46,593 bases of DNA from Piedraia hortae CBS 480.64 (GCA_010093745.1 MU006039.1:1-46593), one strand, 5' to 3'. Shown: positions 34,685 to 46,466, counted from the stretch's first letter. Notes: generated by a model from the letters alone, not told the origin. Program-made: numbers and translations.

Positions 34685-37600
34685 CTACTCTACCTTCCCC
34701 TCCCCTTTCCCCTCCTCCTGCGCAGCATTCTCTCCCCTCCACCCCCTCTCCACCGCTCTGGTCACCTCCTCCGACTTATGTGGCAGCAGTCCAATTGCAA
34801 ACACCACATCCTCCCACTCCCCCTTGCTCTCCGCTCTGGGCAGCCTCTGCACCAGCTTGGTCGCAAGCTGTTTCGCATGTCTCTCCTTCTCCACAAACGC
34901 CACAAGAAACCTCACAATCCTCCTAAACCTCTCCCTCTCCAGGCTGGCATCCGCCGAAAGCAGCGAAAACATATCCACAAAGTGATTATAAATCGCATTG
35001 TCCTTTGACGCGAGTTCCGCGAAGAACGTCCGTGCCATTTCACGGATCCGGTGGTCGGCGACGTCCTCGACAAGTTTTGCTAACGAGCCAAGCTGGCCTT
35101 TGACTTTGACCTGGCCGGCGAGGATGAGGAACGTGAGGGTGGTGAGACAGGTTCGTTTGACGAGGAGGGAAGAGTCGTCGAGACGGCGGTAGAGGAAATC
35201 GGTGTTTTCGTCGATGAGGTGATTGAAGCACACGGCCATGTCGCCGAGGGCGATAACGAGGTTGCTGCGGGTTAGGGCAGAGGGGGAGCGTTCGAGGATG
35301 GTGATGAGCAGGGAGAGGTTTGCTTCGCAGTAGTCGCTGCTGACGCACATGAGTTTGGCCATGCAGAGGGCGGATTGGGCTTGAAGTTCGGTGTTAAGGT
35401 AGCTGGTGTTGTTGGAGCAGATTTCGCGGACGAGGGGGCCGTAGTTCCGTAGGAGGCTGGACGGGCCGTAGAGGAGTTCGCGCTCGCGAATGTGGGCCAA
35501 CGCGTCGGTGAAGTCGTCTTCTGTTGTGCCGGCTATGAGGTCTAGTTCGTCGGTGTCGGTGGGTTGGGGTTGTTTGGTGGGTGAGCGTTTGGTTGGGGAG
35601 GCGGTGGGTTGGGTCTTTTCTTTGTCTGCTTTGCGGCGTTTGAATTCTTGTTCACAGAGCTCGAGGTGGACGAGTTGCTTGATGGCTATGTGTCCGACTG
35701 CAAAGAGCAGATGGGGGAGACTGTGCGAGGTTTGGGCATCTTCAGCTGCTGGATCTGGAGGCTCTGCTTCAGGCATGTCACTCATTTCTACGTCGCCGTC
35801 TTCGTCTACGACGCTGGATGATATTGGCTTTTTGGAGAACACTGCCTTTGTCTTTCGTCGCAGAATCCCTGAACAGAGAATATCTGGATGCTTTGACAGA
35901 GCATAGATGGCACCAATTGCCTTCTCCGCCATGCCATACCAGTCCTTGCTGTCAGTTTCAATCTCCAGCAAACTTGCCAAGCGAACGAGGACGGCATGAT
36001 CATTTGGTAGCCGAGTACTGGGCTTTGCCTGCGTGCCCTTTGTCGTCTTACTGTCCGTCATCCGTGTCAGTGCGATACAGGTAAACCTGGCCAGGACTAG
36101 GTCTTTCCTCCCAATAGCACCCAGTCCAATACGAAGACAAGTCTCCATCTCCCGCACAATGATATCAGGATCAGCCAGAGCCAACATACCGAGCACGATG
36201 ATCGAACCACGTCTCTGCTGTCTGCTAATTTCCTTCTTCTGTACTCCATACACCTGCCATAGTTTCTGAATGACAATCTCCGACACATTCTTCTCTTTCA
36301 TCATCGTCGCCAGCAGCTGCTCCAACGAGGCCAGCTCAGCGGGAGTAGCGCCGAACGTCAAGCTGATCATGTTCCGCGCAATGTAGTTGGCAGCATCATT
36401 TGCATTGAAATTGCCCGGTGCGTCAAAGAAGAGCCCCTTGTAGCACTCAACGAGATGATTCTGCACGCCTTTGCCTTCGTCGCTGTTGCCTTTTGTCCAG
36501 ATGAGACGCAGCATACGCCTGATTCCAGCCTTTGCGGTTTCCAGATGATAGGCATCGGCAACGACGAAAAAGTCCATGGCTTCAATGACTTCAGACTTGT
36601 TTTTGCTTCCCAGCAGTTGCATAACATGTTCTGTGGCATCTTGAAGCGTGTCAATAAACTTCAAGGCTTCAATGTAGTATCGTCGGGTAAGCTGGAGCTT
36701 GTTGAGGGCTTCAGACGTGGCAGCCTCTTCCTGGGCTTTCTTCATGGCGGCCTCTTCATCAACGTCTTTCTCAGGCTCTACTTCTGTCTGAGTCTTGTCG
36801 TTCAAGAGACCCTCGTCGACCGTCTCTTCCAAAGCGGCAGGAGGCTTCAACGAGTTCAGCTCTGTTTCACAAGTTTTCAAACGCTCATCCCATTGGCTAC
36901 GGCTGAGCAGGCCGCCGTGAAGCACTGCAAAGGGATGTGTAGCCATCAATTTGGTCAGCAGTTTGATCGCATTCTTGCGCACATTGCTGCTCTTGTCTTC
37001 GAGACTCCGCGTTGCCAGTTCGCAAGTCGTCTGTCTCCGCTTTGGATACTTTGTATCCAGATCACAGAGTTTCACATACACCTGCATCGTCCTGCACCTG
37101 CAATATGGGTTTACGTCAAGAAAGCGCTCTTCCAGAACGTCAAAAAAGGCGTTAATCTGGCCCTTGTGGTTCTCGTTCCGCTCCGCCTCATCGGTGTTGG
37201 ATAGCATGGCAATGAGGTTGCCGCATACCTCGATGATTGCACACCGTAAAGTGTAGTTTTCACTCTCGAGAAGCTTGGCAAGGTAGGTAATCTGTCTCTG
37301 CACCACACGGGGGGCCAGCTCCGAAAGTCGAGCCACAAACGTTGCCACAGACTTGGGGCCTTTGGTGTCATTTGCAGAAAATTCTTTATTCGAAAGCTCC
37401 TTCATGACCTCCTCGGCCAGCTGCGGGTAGTCGTATTGCTCGGCAAGGATGTTCAAGAACTCAGCCATTGGTTCTGCAAGGTGTTCGAAATATGTCAAAT
37501 TCTGCATGATGCTTGTCTGGGCGCCATAGGCGTGTCCATGGTGTTTGATGGCGATGCAGAGGACTTTGAAGATGTGCATACGCATGGATGTCAGCTTCAC

Positions 37601-38299
37601 CTGCTGCTCGTTTTCCAGGATCAGATAGGCGGGTCTGGTGAAGAGGCCAATAAAAGTGTCTCTCTCGCTGGTTGTTACGAATATCTTTGCAAGTTTCAAA
37701 CGCATGACTTTGGACATGATGTCTAATGCAGTCTGTAGCTGAGCCAAAGGGTCCCAGTTTCCGGTTTTTTGGCCTGTTTTCCCTTTTCCCTTTGCACCTT
37801 TACCTCTGACCGGACCAGATGCGGGCTTTTCAACACTTTTGCTCTCCGCAGCAGCGATGCACCATTGTAATAAGAAAGCAAAGGCCTCCAAGGTCTGCTT
37901 GTGCTGGCTAAAATCCGTCTCACCCTCCTGCTCCTCATGGTGAACGATTTCAGCCTCTGCCGCGAGTCCGCTCGAAACGATATCAATAAGCTTACTGAGA
38001 GACGCAGGTGGGATGAAGAGCGTCTGTCTACGTGGGGTTAGTTTTCTTCTTGAATCTATCAGAGGGACCGACTTGAGCAAAAACTGAAGGTTGTCGAGAT
38101 GTTGTTGTTGTAGAAGGGCGTCTGGGTTTTCTCCTATGGCATCGGAAATGGGGTTTAGCACGCTGTTAATAAGGCCTGGTGTATAAGCGTCTGGATCGTT
38201 TTCGCATTCGTTCAATGCCGCGTCGGCTTCGGGGGTGAGGATAGATTGAGGATCGTCGAGATATGCCTTGAGAGCCGCATTGATATCAAATTGGGCCAT
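34685..38299 (-). CDS. YCS4: Condensin complex subunit 1 (Ycs4/Cnd1/CAP-D2)
   Basis: HEAT-repeat protein with ERFLDVNPYCR, RRMLRLIWTKG, RSNLVIALGDMAVCFNHLIDENTDFLY, LTFLILAGQVKVKGQL; probable 45-bp in-frame intron near 38027-38071. Confidence 0.96.
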   Translation of the reverse strand: MAQFDINAALKAYLDDPQSILTPEADAALNECENDPDAYTPGLINSVLNPISDAIGENPDALLQQQHLDNLQFLLKSVPLIDSRRKLTPRRQTLFIPPASLSKLIDIVSSGLAAEAEIVHHEEQEGETDFSQHKQTLEAFAFLLQWCIAAAESKSVEKPASGPVRGKGAKGKGKTGQKTGNWDPLAQLQTALDIMSKVMRLKLAKIFVTTSERDTFIGLFTRPAYLILENEQQVKLTSMRMHIFKVLCIAIKHHGHAYGAQTSIMQNLTYFEHLAEPMAEFLNILAEQYDYPQLAEEVMKELSNKEFSANDTKGPKSVATFVARLSELAPRVVQRQITYLAKLLESENYTLRCAIIEVCGNLIAMLSNTDEAERNENHKGQINAFFDVLEERFLDVNPYCRCRTMQVYVKLCDLDTKYPKRRQTTCELATRSLEDKSSNVRKNAIKLLTKLMATHPFAVLHGGLLSRSQWDERLKTCETELNSLKPPAALEETVDEGLLNDKTQTEVEPEKDVDEEAAMKKAQEEAATSEALNKLQLTRRYYIEALKFIDTLQDATEHVMQLLGSKNKSEVIEAMDFFVVADAYHLETAKAGIRRMLRLIWTKGNSDEGKGVQNHLVECYKGLFFDAPGNFNANDAANYIARNMISLTFGATPAELASLEQLLATMMKEKNVSEIVIQKLWQVYGVQKKEISRQQRRGSIIVLGMLALADPDIIVREMETCLRIGLGAIGRKDLVLARFTCIALTRMTDSKTTKGTQAKPSTRLPNDHAVLVRLASLLEIETDSKDWYGMAEKAIGAIYALSKHPDILCSGILRRKTKAVFSKKPISSSVVDEDGDVEMSDMPEAEPPDPAAEDAQTSHSLPHLLFAVGHIAIKQLVHLELCEQEFKRRKADKEKTQPTASPTKRSPTKQPQPTDTDELDLIAGTTEDDFTDALAHIRERELLYGPSSLLRNYGPLVREICSNNTSYLNTELQAQSALCMAKLMCVSSDYCEANLSLLITILERSPSALTRSNLVIALGDMAVCFNHLIDENTDFLYRRLDDSSLLVKRTCLTTLTFLILAGQVKVKGQLGSLAKLVEDVADHRIREMARTFFAELASKDNAIYNHFVDMFSLLSADASLERERFRRIVRFLVAFVEKERHAKQLATKLVQRLPRAESKGEWEDVVFAIGLLPHKSEEVTRAVERGWRGENAAQEEGKGEGKVE

Positions 38300-38339
38300 G
38301 AGAGATGTTCGCGGCTGATAATCTGCTGCTTCGACGGCG

Positions 38340-38445
38340 GTGTTGTTTCACATGCGTGTCACACGAGTCGCGCATAGCAACGCGGATGTCACAACGCGGC
38401 CCGTGTTTGTCACATTTGTTTATATCGCGTCTGCCACGCGACGGG
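38340..38445. promoter_or_regulatory. Short bidirectional YCS4/CDC7 promoter with MCB-like CGCG elements and TGTCACA repeats
   Basis: Several ACGCG/CGCG motifs and three TGTCACA motifs within about 155 bp between two divergent cell-cycle genes. Confidence 0.5.
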
Positions 38446-38454
38446 CTGCCCAAC

Positions 38455-39729
38455 ATGGCAGAACAGGAGCAGCCCGCCAGAAATCACACAAACGAGATGG
38501 AGAACATGCAAGAAAGCATGGGTCCGCTAGACGAAAGTGGAGCAACGATATCCGACGACGAAGAGGAGGAAGAAATCGACGATGCAGTAGCTGAAGATAT
38601 CAGAGCATTCAAGGCGACGTTCAAAGACATTGACCAGAGATATAGACTGATCAGCCGCATTGGGGAAGGCACGTTCTCTACCGTCTACAAGGCTGAAGAT
38701 TTGCTGTACGACTACTACCGAAACGATTGGGATATCGACCAAGACTCGTCCAAACAATCGCATTATGTGGCGATCAAGAAGATCTACGTCACATCGTCTC
38801 CCATCCGGATAATGAACGAGTTGGAACTGCTCCACGATCTCAGGAATTCTGATAATGTCTGTCCTCTCATTACGGCATTCAGACACCAAGACCAGGTCAT
38901 CGCTGTCCTTCCTTTTTTCCGCCATCGCGACTTCCGAGACTATTACCGCGACTTTACCATAGACGAGATGCGTGTCTACTTTTACAATCTGTTCACGGCG
39001 TTACGATCGGTGCATGAGGCGGGCATAATACATAGAGACATCAAACCCACTAATTTTCTTTATTCGCCAAGCCGGCAGCATGGAGTTTTGGTTGATTTTG
39101 GATTGGCTGAGCGGGACGGTGCCGAATATGCACACTGCTTGTGTTGCGCATCAGAGCACGACCGGCTGCGAAAGGTGCAGTCATCGGTATATTTGACGGG
39201 AGCGTCGAGTTCTGCAGCAGCTCGACCTAGTTATCCGAACAACGATACACGGCCATCACGAAGAGCGAACCGGGCGGGCACCCGCGGCTTCCGGGCTCCA
39301 GAAGTGCTGCTCAAGTGCACCGCTCAGAGCTGTCTCATCGACGTCTGGTCATGCGGCGTCATTCTACTCACATTTCTCACAAAGCGATTTCCTTTCTTTC
39401 ACTCTGCAGACGACATTGACGCCTTTATCGAGCTCTGCTGCATTTTTGGCAAGCAGAAGATGAAAGAGACGGCGTTGCTGCACGGTCAGGTACTACAGAC
39501 TAATATCCCCACGTTGCCGGAAAAGAGCCACGGCTGGGACAAGATTGTGCTGTGGTGTACTGATCGGGACCGCAAGACGCAGAGTCTCAGCAGTGAGGAG
39601 CAGGAGGCTGTGGGTTTTTTGAGCAAGTGTTTGGAGTTGAATCCGTCCAAACGACTGAATGCTGATGATGCTCTACATGATCCATTTATCGAGGCGTGTT
39701 TGAGCGGAGAGAGTGGAGGCAGTTTGTAA
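38455..39729 (+). CDS. CDC7: Cell division control kinase Cdc7/Hsk1
   Basis: IGEGTFSTVYKA, VAIKKIYVTSSP, HRDIKPTNFL, LVDFGLA, RANRAGTRGFRAPEVLLKC. Confidence 0.95.
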   Translation: MAEQEQPARNHTNEMENMQESMGPLDESGATISDDEEEEEIDDAVAEDIRAFKATFKDIDQRYRLISRIGEGTFSTVYKAEDLLYDYYRNDWDIDQDSSKQSHYVAIKKIYVTSSPIRIMNELELLHDLRNSDNVCPLITAFRHQDQVIAVLPFFRHRDFRDYYRDFTIDEMRVYFYNLFTALRSVHEAGIIHRDIKPTNFLYSPSRQHGVLVDFGLAERDGAEYAHCLCCASEHDRLRKVQSSVYLTGASSSAAARPSYPNNDTRPSRRANRAGTRGFRAPEVLLKCTAQSCLIDVWSCGVILLTFLTKRFPFFHSADDIDAFIELCCIFGKQKMKETALLHGQVLQTNIPTLPEKSHGWDKIVLWCTDRDRKTQSLSSEEQEAVGFLSKCLELNPSKRLNADDALHDPFIEACLSGESGGSL

Positions 39730-39856
39730 TGTCATGACCATCATCCCGTTCCCCAAAGTGACACATCGTTGTGACAAGGTAAATGTGACAATGTGACATC
39801 AAGTGACATCGCAAACGCCAACCCCGATCCAACCACCGACCTCACCTCTCCAGAAA

Positions 39857-41040
39857 ATGCGCCGCGAAACGCTGCGCCGTCTGCGGCTCCCCTTGGACCT
39901 CGTCCAAAAACCAAGGGCAATCCACATCGACTCCGCCTCCTCCCCATCATCTACCCACCTCCCACAATCAACCATCAAACCTGGTACGCGCGAAGCATCC
40001 CTCCTCCCCTCCCCTCCCCTCCCCTCCCTCCCAACTAAACAGCAGCAGAAGCAACTTTTACAATCCTCTCCCCCACATCTTCCCTCCTCTCCGCGACCCT
40101 CGCCCCGGGCGTGCCCCTCTACACGCGCAGCGGCACATTGGTCGGTCTCTCCGGCACCAACACGCGAAGCATCACAAAACATCTCCACATCCTCTCCCCC
40201 CTCCTCCGCAGCCTCACCCTAACACCCTGGCTCTACCAACGCGTCACCTCCGCCGGAGGCTACAGCGCCCTAATCGGGACGCGATCAGCGATGACGAGCA
40301 TGTCCGTCCTGAACCTCGATGGGAGAGAAGACTGGAACATCATCAAAAAGAACGCGATTTTGGCTTGGGCGGGGGAGAAACTTGCATTAACACCCAGCCT
40401 TACCGGAGCATCTAGGGGAAGTTCCCTTTCTCCCGCAACCTCGTCGGTGGGAGGATCAAAGTTAACGAGTTCTGAAGCAAGCCTCCTTTCTCATGCGATC
40501 TCCTTATCAGGAACGGAGATCACGGGACGGGGTTTGGTAGCGGTGGTAGGAAAAGGCGCATTGCATCAGATTAATCTGAAGAATGGGGAGGAATATATCC
40601 TCCGCAGGGGGAATGTGGTGGGGTATACCCTTACATGCCACCCCGAAAGATTCAGCTTCGAATCGAAGATGACGCTCCGCGTCCCGGACCTGTTCACTCA
40701 TACCCGTTTCTGGACGGAGCTGAGGAAGACGGGCGTGTATAGATTTTCCGCTACGCTGGGTGGGTTGGTGGGTAGGGTTTGGGGCTGGGTGATGGGTGAG
40801 GAACCCTATTTCCTCTTCCGCGGACCGGGAAGGGTGATTTTTCAGAGTCGTGGGACGGGAGTAAGGGATTTAGTAACTGAGGGGGAGAGGAGGGAGGGGG
40901 GTGGGAGGGTGGGGATTCCTTGGGGTGAGCAGCAGGAAACGCCTGCGGCGCAGAAGAGTTTACCTCCTCCCGTGGTAAAACAGCAGGGCAAAATCCACTA
41001 CGCTTCTGTCAGCGAACGGGGGAATGTAAAATTTCAATAG
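39857..41040 (+). CDS. AIM24: Mitochondrial AIM24-family protein
   Basis: Arg-rich presequence, intron from about 39984 restoring frame, LYTRSGTL, LNLDGREDW, GRGLVAVVGKG, FRGPGRVIFQSR. Confidence 0.75.
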
Positions 41041-41116
41041 AAACCGTGTAAAAACTGTATGCCTTACAATAGGAATTCTCTCCCAACGCCACTGATGCAT
41101 AGGTATTATTAAGTCC

Positions 41117-42685
41117 TCAACACACGCTCCAAACAAGTAGACCCATAACCCCCCAAAACAACACCCCGCCGAAAGGGACATTAACCTCCGCAGAACTCTT
41201 CTTCCCCGACCCATTCGCACTCCCATTAACCGCCCCATTCGAACTCAAGCCCAAAGGAAGATTCTGCCACCCAAACGTCAAATTCTGCGGCACAGACCGA
41301 TTATAGCACTCCCCCTTCGCCAGATCCAAGTTCATCAAATCATCCGGCGTGCGGAAGAAGAGGTATTTACTCTGCGGGATATCCTTAAACCCCGAGGTAT
41401 CATACGGAAAATGGTTATCTGGGTCTGTAGCCGACGTGTTCCTTAAAAAAATACACTGTACGTTTGGAAAAGTCTTGGCCATGAGAGGGTAGGCTTTCAT
41501 CACGTCCGAGTTGGTAGTATCCGCTACGAGGACGAATTTCCGTTTCGGAAATGACTGGATGACTTTGATGAGGAGGAATTGTCGGATGCTGAGGGTTGCG
41601 GAGACGTCGCTGAAGTTTAGGGGTCTGGTGTCGAAGCTTCCGCCGGGATAGGTTGAATAAATGAATTGCATGTAGTTGCGGGTGACTTGTTCGGGGGTTG
41701 TGGTTAGGTAGTGGAAGTGGATGTTATCGAGACTGCGGCTCCAGTTGGAGTAGATGCTTGGCATGTTTTTCCATTTGAGGTAGGGACGAGCAAAGGAGTT
41801 GAGGAGGCCGATTTTGGGTTGGTAGATTTTTGTGACCCGTAAGATGTCGTCGATGTCGCTGACGACGGTTATGCCTTCTGTGGGAACCAAGTAGGCGGTG
41901 CTGTTGCCTATGGATGCGCCTTGGACGTATGTGTTGAGACGTTGGACGGAACGAGTTGAGTTGCCGGCTATGAGACCGTTGGACTTGATGGGCATGAAGA
42001 CGTCAAAGTCGCCTTCGATCGTGGTGTTGTAGGGTAATACAATCTGTTGCGAGCCGCCGCTGGGCGTTGTCGCTCCGCCTCCGCCGGGCTGGCCGCTGGA
42101 GCCCTGGCTCGGGGCGGGCTCGAGGTTGATGGGAGCCACCTTGACGTTGCCTTGCTGCACAACGAAGATGGATGCCGTCACGTTGCGTGCCTGATCCTGC
42201 TGGTCTTCGGGCAGATCTTTCATCGACGTGCCGTAGATGAAGAGATCGTCGGCGCGCTTCGTGAGCTCTTCCTTTGACGTGTTGGGCTGCTTGTAGACAT
42301 TGCCGTGAAAGCGAACGTTCCAGCCCTGGTCCGTCCAGTTTGCGTATGGGTCAATGTTCAGCACTTGGGTCGGAAGAGCGTCCAGATCGGAATTCTTGAG
42401 GCCCAACGCGCTCTTGACTGCGTCGCCCGTCGGCAGGTTTTGGAAGAAATTGGGAACGCCAGACACGACATACGACGGGATGCCAGAGCCCAGCAGATGG
42501 CCGACTGAACTGAACATGTCGCCAAGGCCCCGCTCCTCCAGCGTCTTGGACGGCGCATTCTGCGTCACCGACGGGGCTACCGCCGCATCGTTGGCCGGAC
42601 CGGCGATGATCGGCGTCGGCGCATCAGTAGCGGCCGGAGCGGCGTGCGCAAATGCACACAGCAGCAAAAAACTAGGCAGTATCAT
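41117..42685 (-). CDS. Secreted/GPI-like App1 (DUF2183) phosphatidate-phosphatase-family protein
   Basis: Signal peptide MILPSFLLLCAFAHA, SDIDDILRVT, FHYLTTTP, FPKRKFVLVAD, IFLRN; hydrophobic C-terminus. Confidence 0.8.
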   Translation of the reverse strand: MILPSFLLLCAFAHAAPAATDAPTPIIAGPANDAAVAPSVTQNAPSKTLEERGLGDMFSSVGHLLGSGIPSYVVSGVPNFFQNLPTGDAVKSALGLKNSDLDALPTQVLNIDPYANWTDQGWNVRFHGNVYKQPNTSKEELTKRADDLFIYGTSMKDLPEDQQDQARNVTASIFVVQQGNVKVAPINLEPAPSQGSSGQPGGGGATTPSGGSQQIVLPYNTTIEGDFDVFMPIKSNGLIAGNSTRSVQRLNTYVQGASIGNSTAYLVPTEGITVVSDIDDILRVTKIYQPKIGLLNSFARPYLKWKNMPSIYSNWSRSLDNIHFHYLTTTPEQVTRNYMQFIYSTYPGGSFDTRPLNFSDVSATLSIRQFLLIKVIQSFPKRKFVLVADTTNSDVMKAYPLMAKTFPNVQCIFLRNTSATDPDNHFPYDTSGFKDIPQSKYLFFRTPDDLMNLDLAKGECYNRSVPQNLTFGWQNLPLGLSSNGAVNGSANGSGKKSSAEVNVPFGGVLFWGVMGLLVWSVC

Positions 42686-42823
42686 GGTTGTAGGGAGAAA
42701 GGCCGCGTTCTGGCGCCTACAAACAAAACCGCGGTTGTTGGCGATGCGACGCGCGTTGGGCACGGCCGTTGGTTCGCTAATCATAGGAAAGCCCCTGATA
42801 ACTAGAACGCCCAATTACCACAA

Positions 42824-43413
42824 ATGACCCTTCCTTTGCCCGTGCTGTGCACCGCCAATCACGCTGCTCTGGTGCCGCAGCTGGCTGAGATTCACGCTGC
42901 GTGCGTCCTTCACGACCACCAGCTAGCTACCTATCTGCCTGATGCTTCGGGCGACATGGACATGTCGAAACTATTAGACTTTTGGAGTAGACAGATCACC
43001 GACCAATCTCGCCTCATAGTCCTGCAGTTTACAGATGACACAGAGTCTGAAATCATTGGCTGTGTCTGTCTCCACATGCCTTTGAGTGAAACGGGCCCGT
43101 TTAGGGCTAGCGTAGAGAAGCTTTTGGTGAGCCCCAAGCACAGGTACAAGGGTATTGCCCGCCGCTTGATGAAAAAGTTGGAAGACGAGGCTAAACTGCG
43201 GGAGAGGTATCTACTGGTGAGCAGACTGTCTTGTACAAATACCTTGCTCATGTGGGACAGATGCTCGACACGACGATTGGCTTCGGCGCCGACAAGGTGT
43301 ATCCCAAGCTAGGTTACATCCAATGTGGCATGATACCAAAGTATGGAATCAGCCCAAAGGATGGCAGCCTGGTGGATGAATTGTTCTTCTACAAAGACCT
43401 GAGAAGCGTCTAA
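42824..43413 (+). CDS. GNAT family N-acetyltransferase
   Basis: VEKLLVSPKHRYKGIARRLM acetyl-CoA motif; intron 43217-43260 joins LDT..ADKVYPKLGY..G.IPKYG. Confidence 0.88.
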
Positions 43414-43487
43414 CCTGTTTTGGCGATGGCGCTGTAAGATTGACGCTAGCAAATAATCTCCGAATCAGACATCAGATAACAACAAAA

Positions 43488-45519
43488 ATGTTCACCAGTC
43501 GCCTTTGCAGGCCTGTGCGACCTGTTATATCTGTTCATACGCATAAAAGAGTCTTTGTGTCCACACCGACATGGCAGAATTCAGTCAGAAAAGACGAACC
43601 AACCAAGAAGCCGAATGTCCTCCTATCCGAAGAGTCCCTCACCAAAAAGGAGCAGCGGAAAACCGACTGGTCCAATATCAAGAACATGACCCGATATCTC
43701 TGGCCCAAGGATGATCCTGGGACACGGTTCCGGGTAGGACTCAGCGTGGCCCTTTTAGTAGGAGCCAAAGTAGGCCTTTCTGCAAGATACATAGCTCCAT
43801 ATGTTGATAATTTGGCAGGTCCTCAATGTGCAAGTTCCCTTTTACTTTAAAACCATCATAGACTCCATGAACATTGACTTTGCCGCCGTGGGAGGGACGG
43901 CAGCCACCGTAGCAGGCGCTTCCATCTTCGCTTACGGCGCAGCTCGGGTCGGGGCCACCGTATTTCAAGAACTCCGCAACGCGGTCTTCGCGAGCGTTGC
44001 CCAGAAAGCCATCCGCAGAGTCGCGGGCAACGTCTTCACCCACCTCCTAAACCTCGACCTATCCTTCCACCTAAGCCGCCAAACCGGCGGCCTCTCCAGG
44101 GCCATCGACCGGGGCACCAAAGGGATCAGCTTCGTTTTAACCAGCATGGTCTTCCACATCATCCCCACCGCACTCGAAATCGCCCTCGTTTGCGGCATCC
44201 TAACGCATCAATACGGCTGGAAATTTGCCCTCATAACCGCCAGCACCATGGCGACCTATACCTGGTTCACCATCTCCACCACTGCCTGGCGCACTCAATT
44301 CCGCAAGCAAGCTAACGCGGCCGATAACCAAGGCGCGACCCGCCAAATCGACACCCTCCTCAACTACGAAACAGTCAAATACTTCAACAACGAGTCCTAC
44401 GAAACCAAGCGCTACGACTCCGCCCTCAAATCCTACGAACACGCGAGCATCAAAGTCGGCACGAGCCTTGCCTACCTCAACAGCGGACAAAACCTCATCT
44501 TCTCTTCGTCCCTAACACTAATGATGTACCTCGCCGCCGAAGGCGTCTCTACCGGCGCCCTAACCGTCGGAGACCTAGTAATGGTGAATCAGCTCGTCTT
44601 CCAGCTCTCTGTTCCCCTCAACTTCCTCGGCAGCGTCTATCGCGAACTCCGCCAAAGCCTCCTAGACATGGAGACCCTCTTCAACTTCCAACGAATCCAA
44701 AACAGCGTCACAAACTCCCCTGGCGCGAGACCCCTACGTCTCAAAAGCGGAGCGATCAGCTTCCACAACGTGAGCTTTGGCTATACCCCCTCCCGCCCCA
44801 TCTTGCGGAACCTCACCCTCTCCATCCCCCCGGGGAAGAAAACAGCCATCGTCGGCCCAAGCGGGGGAGGGAAAAGCACCCTTCTCCGCCTCCTCTTCCG
44901 CTTCTACGATGTCGATTCCGGAGCCATTTCAATCGACGGACAGGATATCCGCTCTGTCACCCTTACCAGCCTACGGCAGAACATCGGGGTCGTGCCACAG
45001 GATACGCCGCTCTTCAACGATACAATCATGCATAACATGCGCTATGGGAGGCTTACCGCGTCCGACGAAGAGGTCGTTGAAGCTGCGAAGAAGGCGCAGG
45101 TTCATGAGATCATCACAAACCTGCCCGAGGGGTATAATACTCAGGTTGGGGAGAGGGGGATGATGATCTCCGGAGGAGAGAAGCAACGCCTAGCGATTAC
45201 GAGGTTGATTCTTAAGGATGCGAGGATACTGTTTTTTGATGAGGCGACGTCTTCGCTGGATACACAGACTGAGCTTGCGTTGATGGGGGGAGTTAGGGGT
45301 TTGATTCGAGAGGGAGGGAAGACGAGTATTTTTGTTGCGCATAGACTAAGGACTGTGTTTGATGCGGATTTGATTGTTGTGTTGAAGGAGGGGATGGTGG
45401 TGGAACAGGGGACGCATGAGGAGTTGCTGGGATTAAATGGGGTTTATGCTGAGTTGTGGAGGGCGCAGGAGATGCTTTTTGAGAAGGATGAGGTTGATAA
45501 TGGTGAGTTGGATACATAG
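43488..45519 (+). CDS. ATM1: Mitochondrial Fe-S export ABC transporter Atm1
   Basis: [12 protein letters not shown] across intron 43770-43818, [37 protein letters not shown]. Confidence 0.97.
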
Positions 45520-45524
45520 GTTAT

Positions 45525-46466
45525 TTACAGTTCGCCGTCGGTGCGGAGGGTTTGTTCTGGGGTTGGAAGGTCGCCGGTAAGGGATGTGAGGCCGTGAGCG
45601 GGTTCGCAGGATTGGCGCTTGCTTAGGGGTCCGGGAGGGGGCAGGTTCTTGGCGTCGACGGCGTTGCCGCCGGATTTGAGAGTTGCTTCTCTGAGAGCTT
45701 TTAGCAGTGACTTTGTGGTTTCGGGGGTCAGGTCCTCGTAGTAGTCGTCGTTGATCTGAACCATGGGCGCATTGACACATGCGCCGAGACATTCGACCTC
45801 GGTGAGGGTGAATAGCTTGTCTTCTGTTGTTTGCCCGTGATGGATACCTAGCTCCTCTGTGATGGCCTTCATGACCCCGTCGCTGCCGCGGAGTTGGCAT
45901 GGTGTCTGCTTCCGTTAGCAATTCCAACCTGAGAGAAAGAAGGGTGGCTATTGTCTTGTGAGACTTCTTCGGAATGCCTCCCTACGGCCTCCCACTCCCC
46001 ATGCCAAGAACTCACCGTTGTGCAGCACTGAACATGAAACCTCCCGACCTCCTGCCGATTGTACATTGTATAAAAGGTCGCGACCTCGTAGACCCGCATG
46101 GGAGGCATCTCCAGAATCCGCGCAACCTCCTGCATAACACTGATTGACGTGAAACCATGCTGTCTCTGTCCCAAATCCAGCAACGGCATGACAGCCGCTT
46201 TCTTGTACTGCGACGGGTATCGGCTCAGAATCTCCTCGATGAGTTGCTCATTCTGCGGGGAAAACTTGAACGGGATGCTTGGATTGTTGTTGGGGGTATC
46301 ACGGTGCTAGATGGGTTAGTGAGCGGAGGAGAGGGTTGCTCCAAGAACGAAGACATACGACCATGACCGAGTCGCTTCGTCGAGGCGCACAGGTACGAAA
46401 TGTCCGAACGGCGGGGAAAGAGCGCAGTGTGCGAGACATCTTTAACGGCGAGGGTCGAGGAGGCAT
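45525..46466 (-). CDS. NADH:ubiquinone oxidoreductase 24-kDa Fe-S subunit (NDUFV2/NUO-24), 3 exons
   Basis: Presequence [17 protein letters not shown].., [53 protein letters not shown]; two introns with CTAAC branch sites. Confidence 0.95.

Noticed and set aside
6172..39729. Apparent clustering of genome-maintenance genes (IGO1, MLH3, RAD52, YCS4, CDC7) and Fe-S genes (LTO1-like, ATM1, complex I 24-kDa)
   Set aside because: Interspersed with unrelated housekeeping genes; no evidence beyond chance synteny.
7531..45517. Numerous antisense or alternate-frame ORFs within MLH3, MES1, RAD52, KEX1, YCS4, APP1-like and ATM1
   Set aside because: Shadow ORFs expected from GC-rich codon bias; no recognisable motifs.
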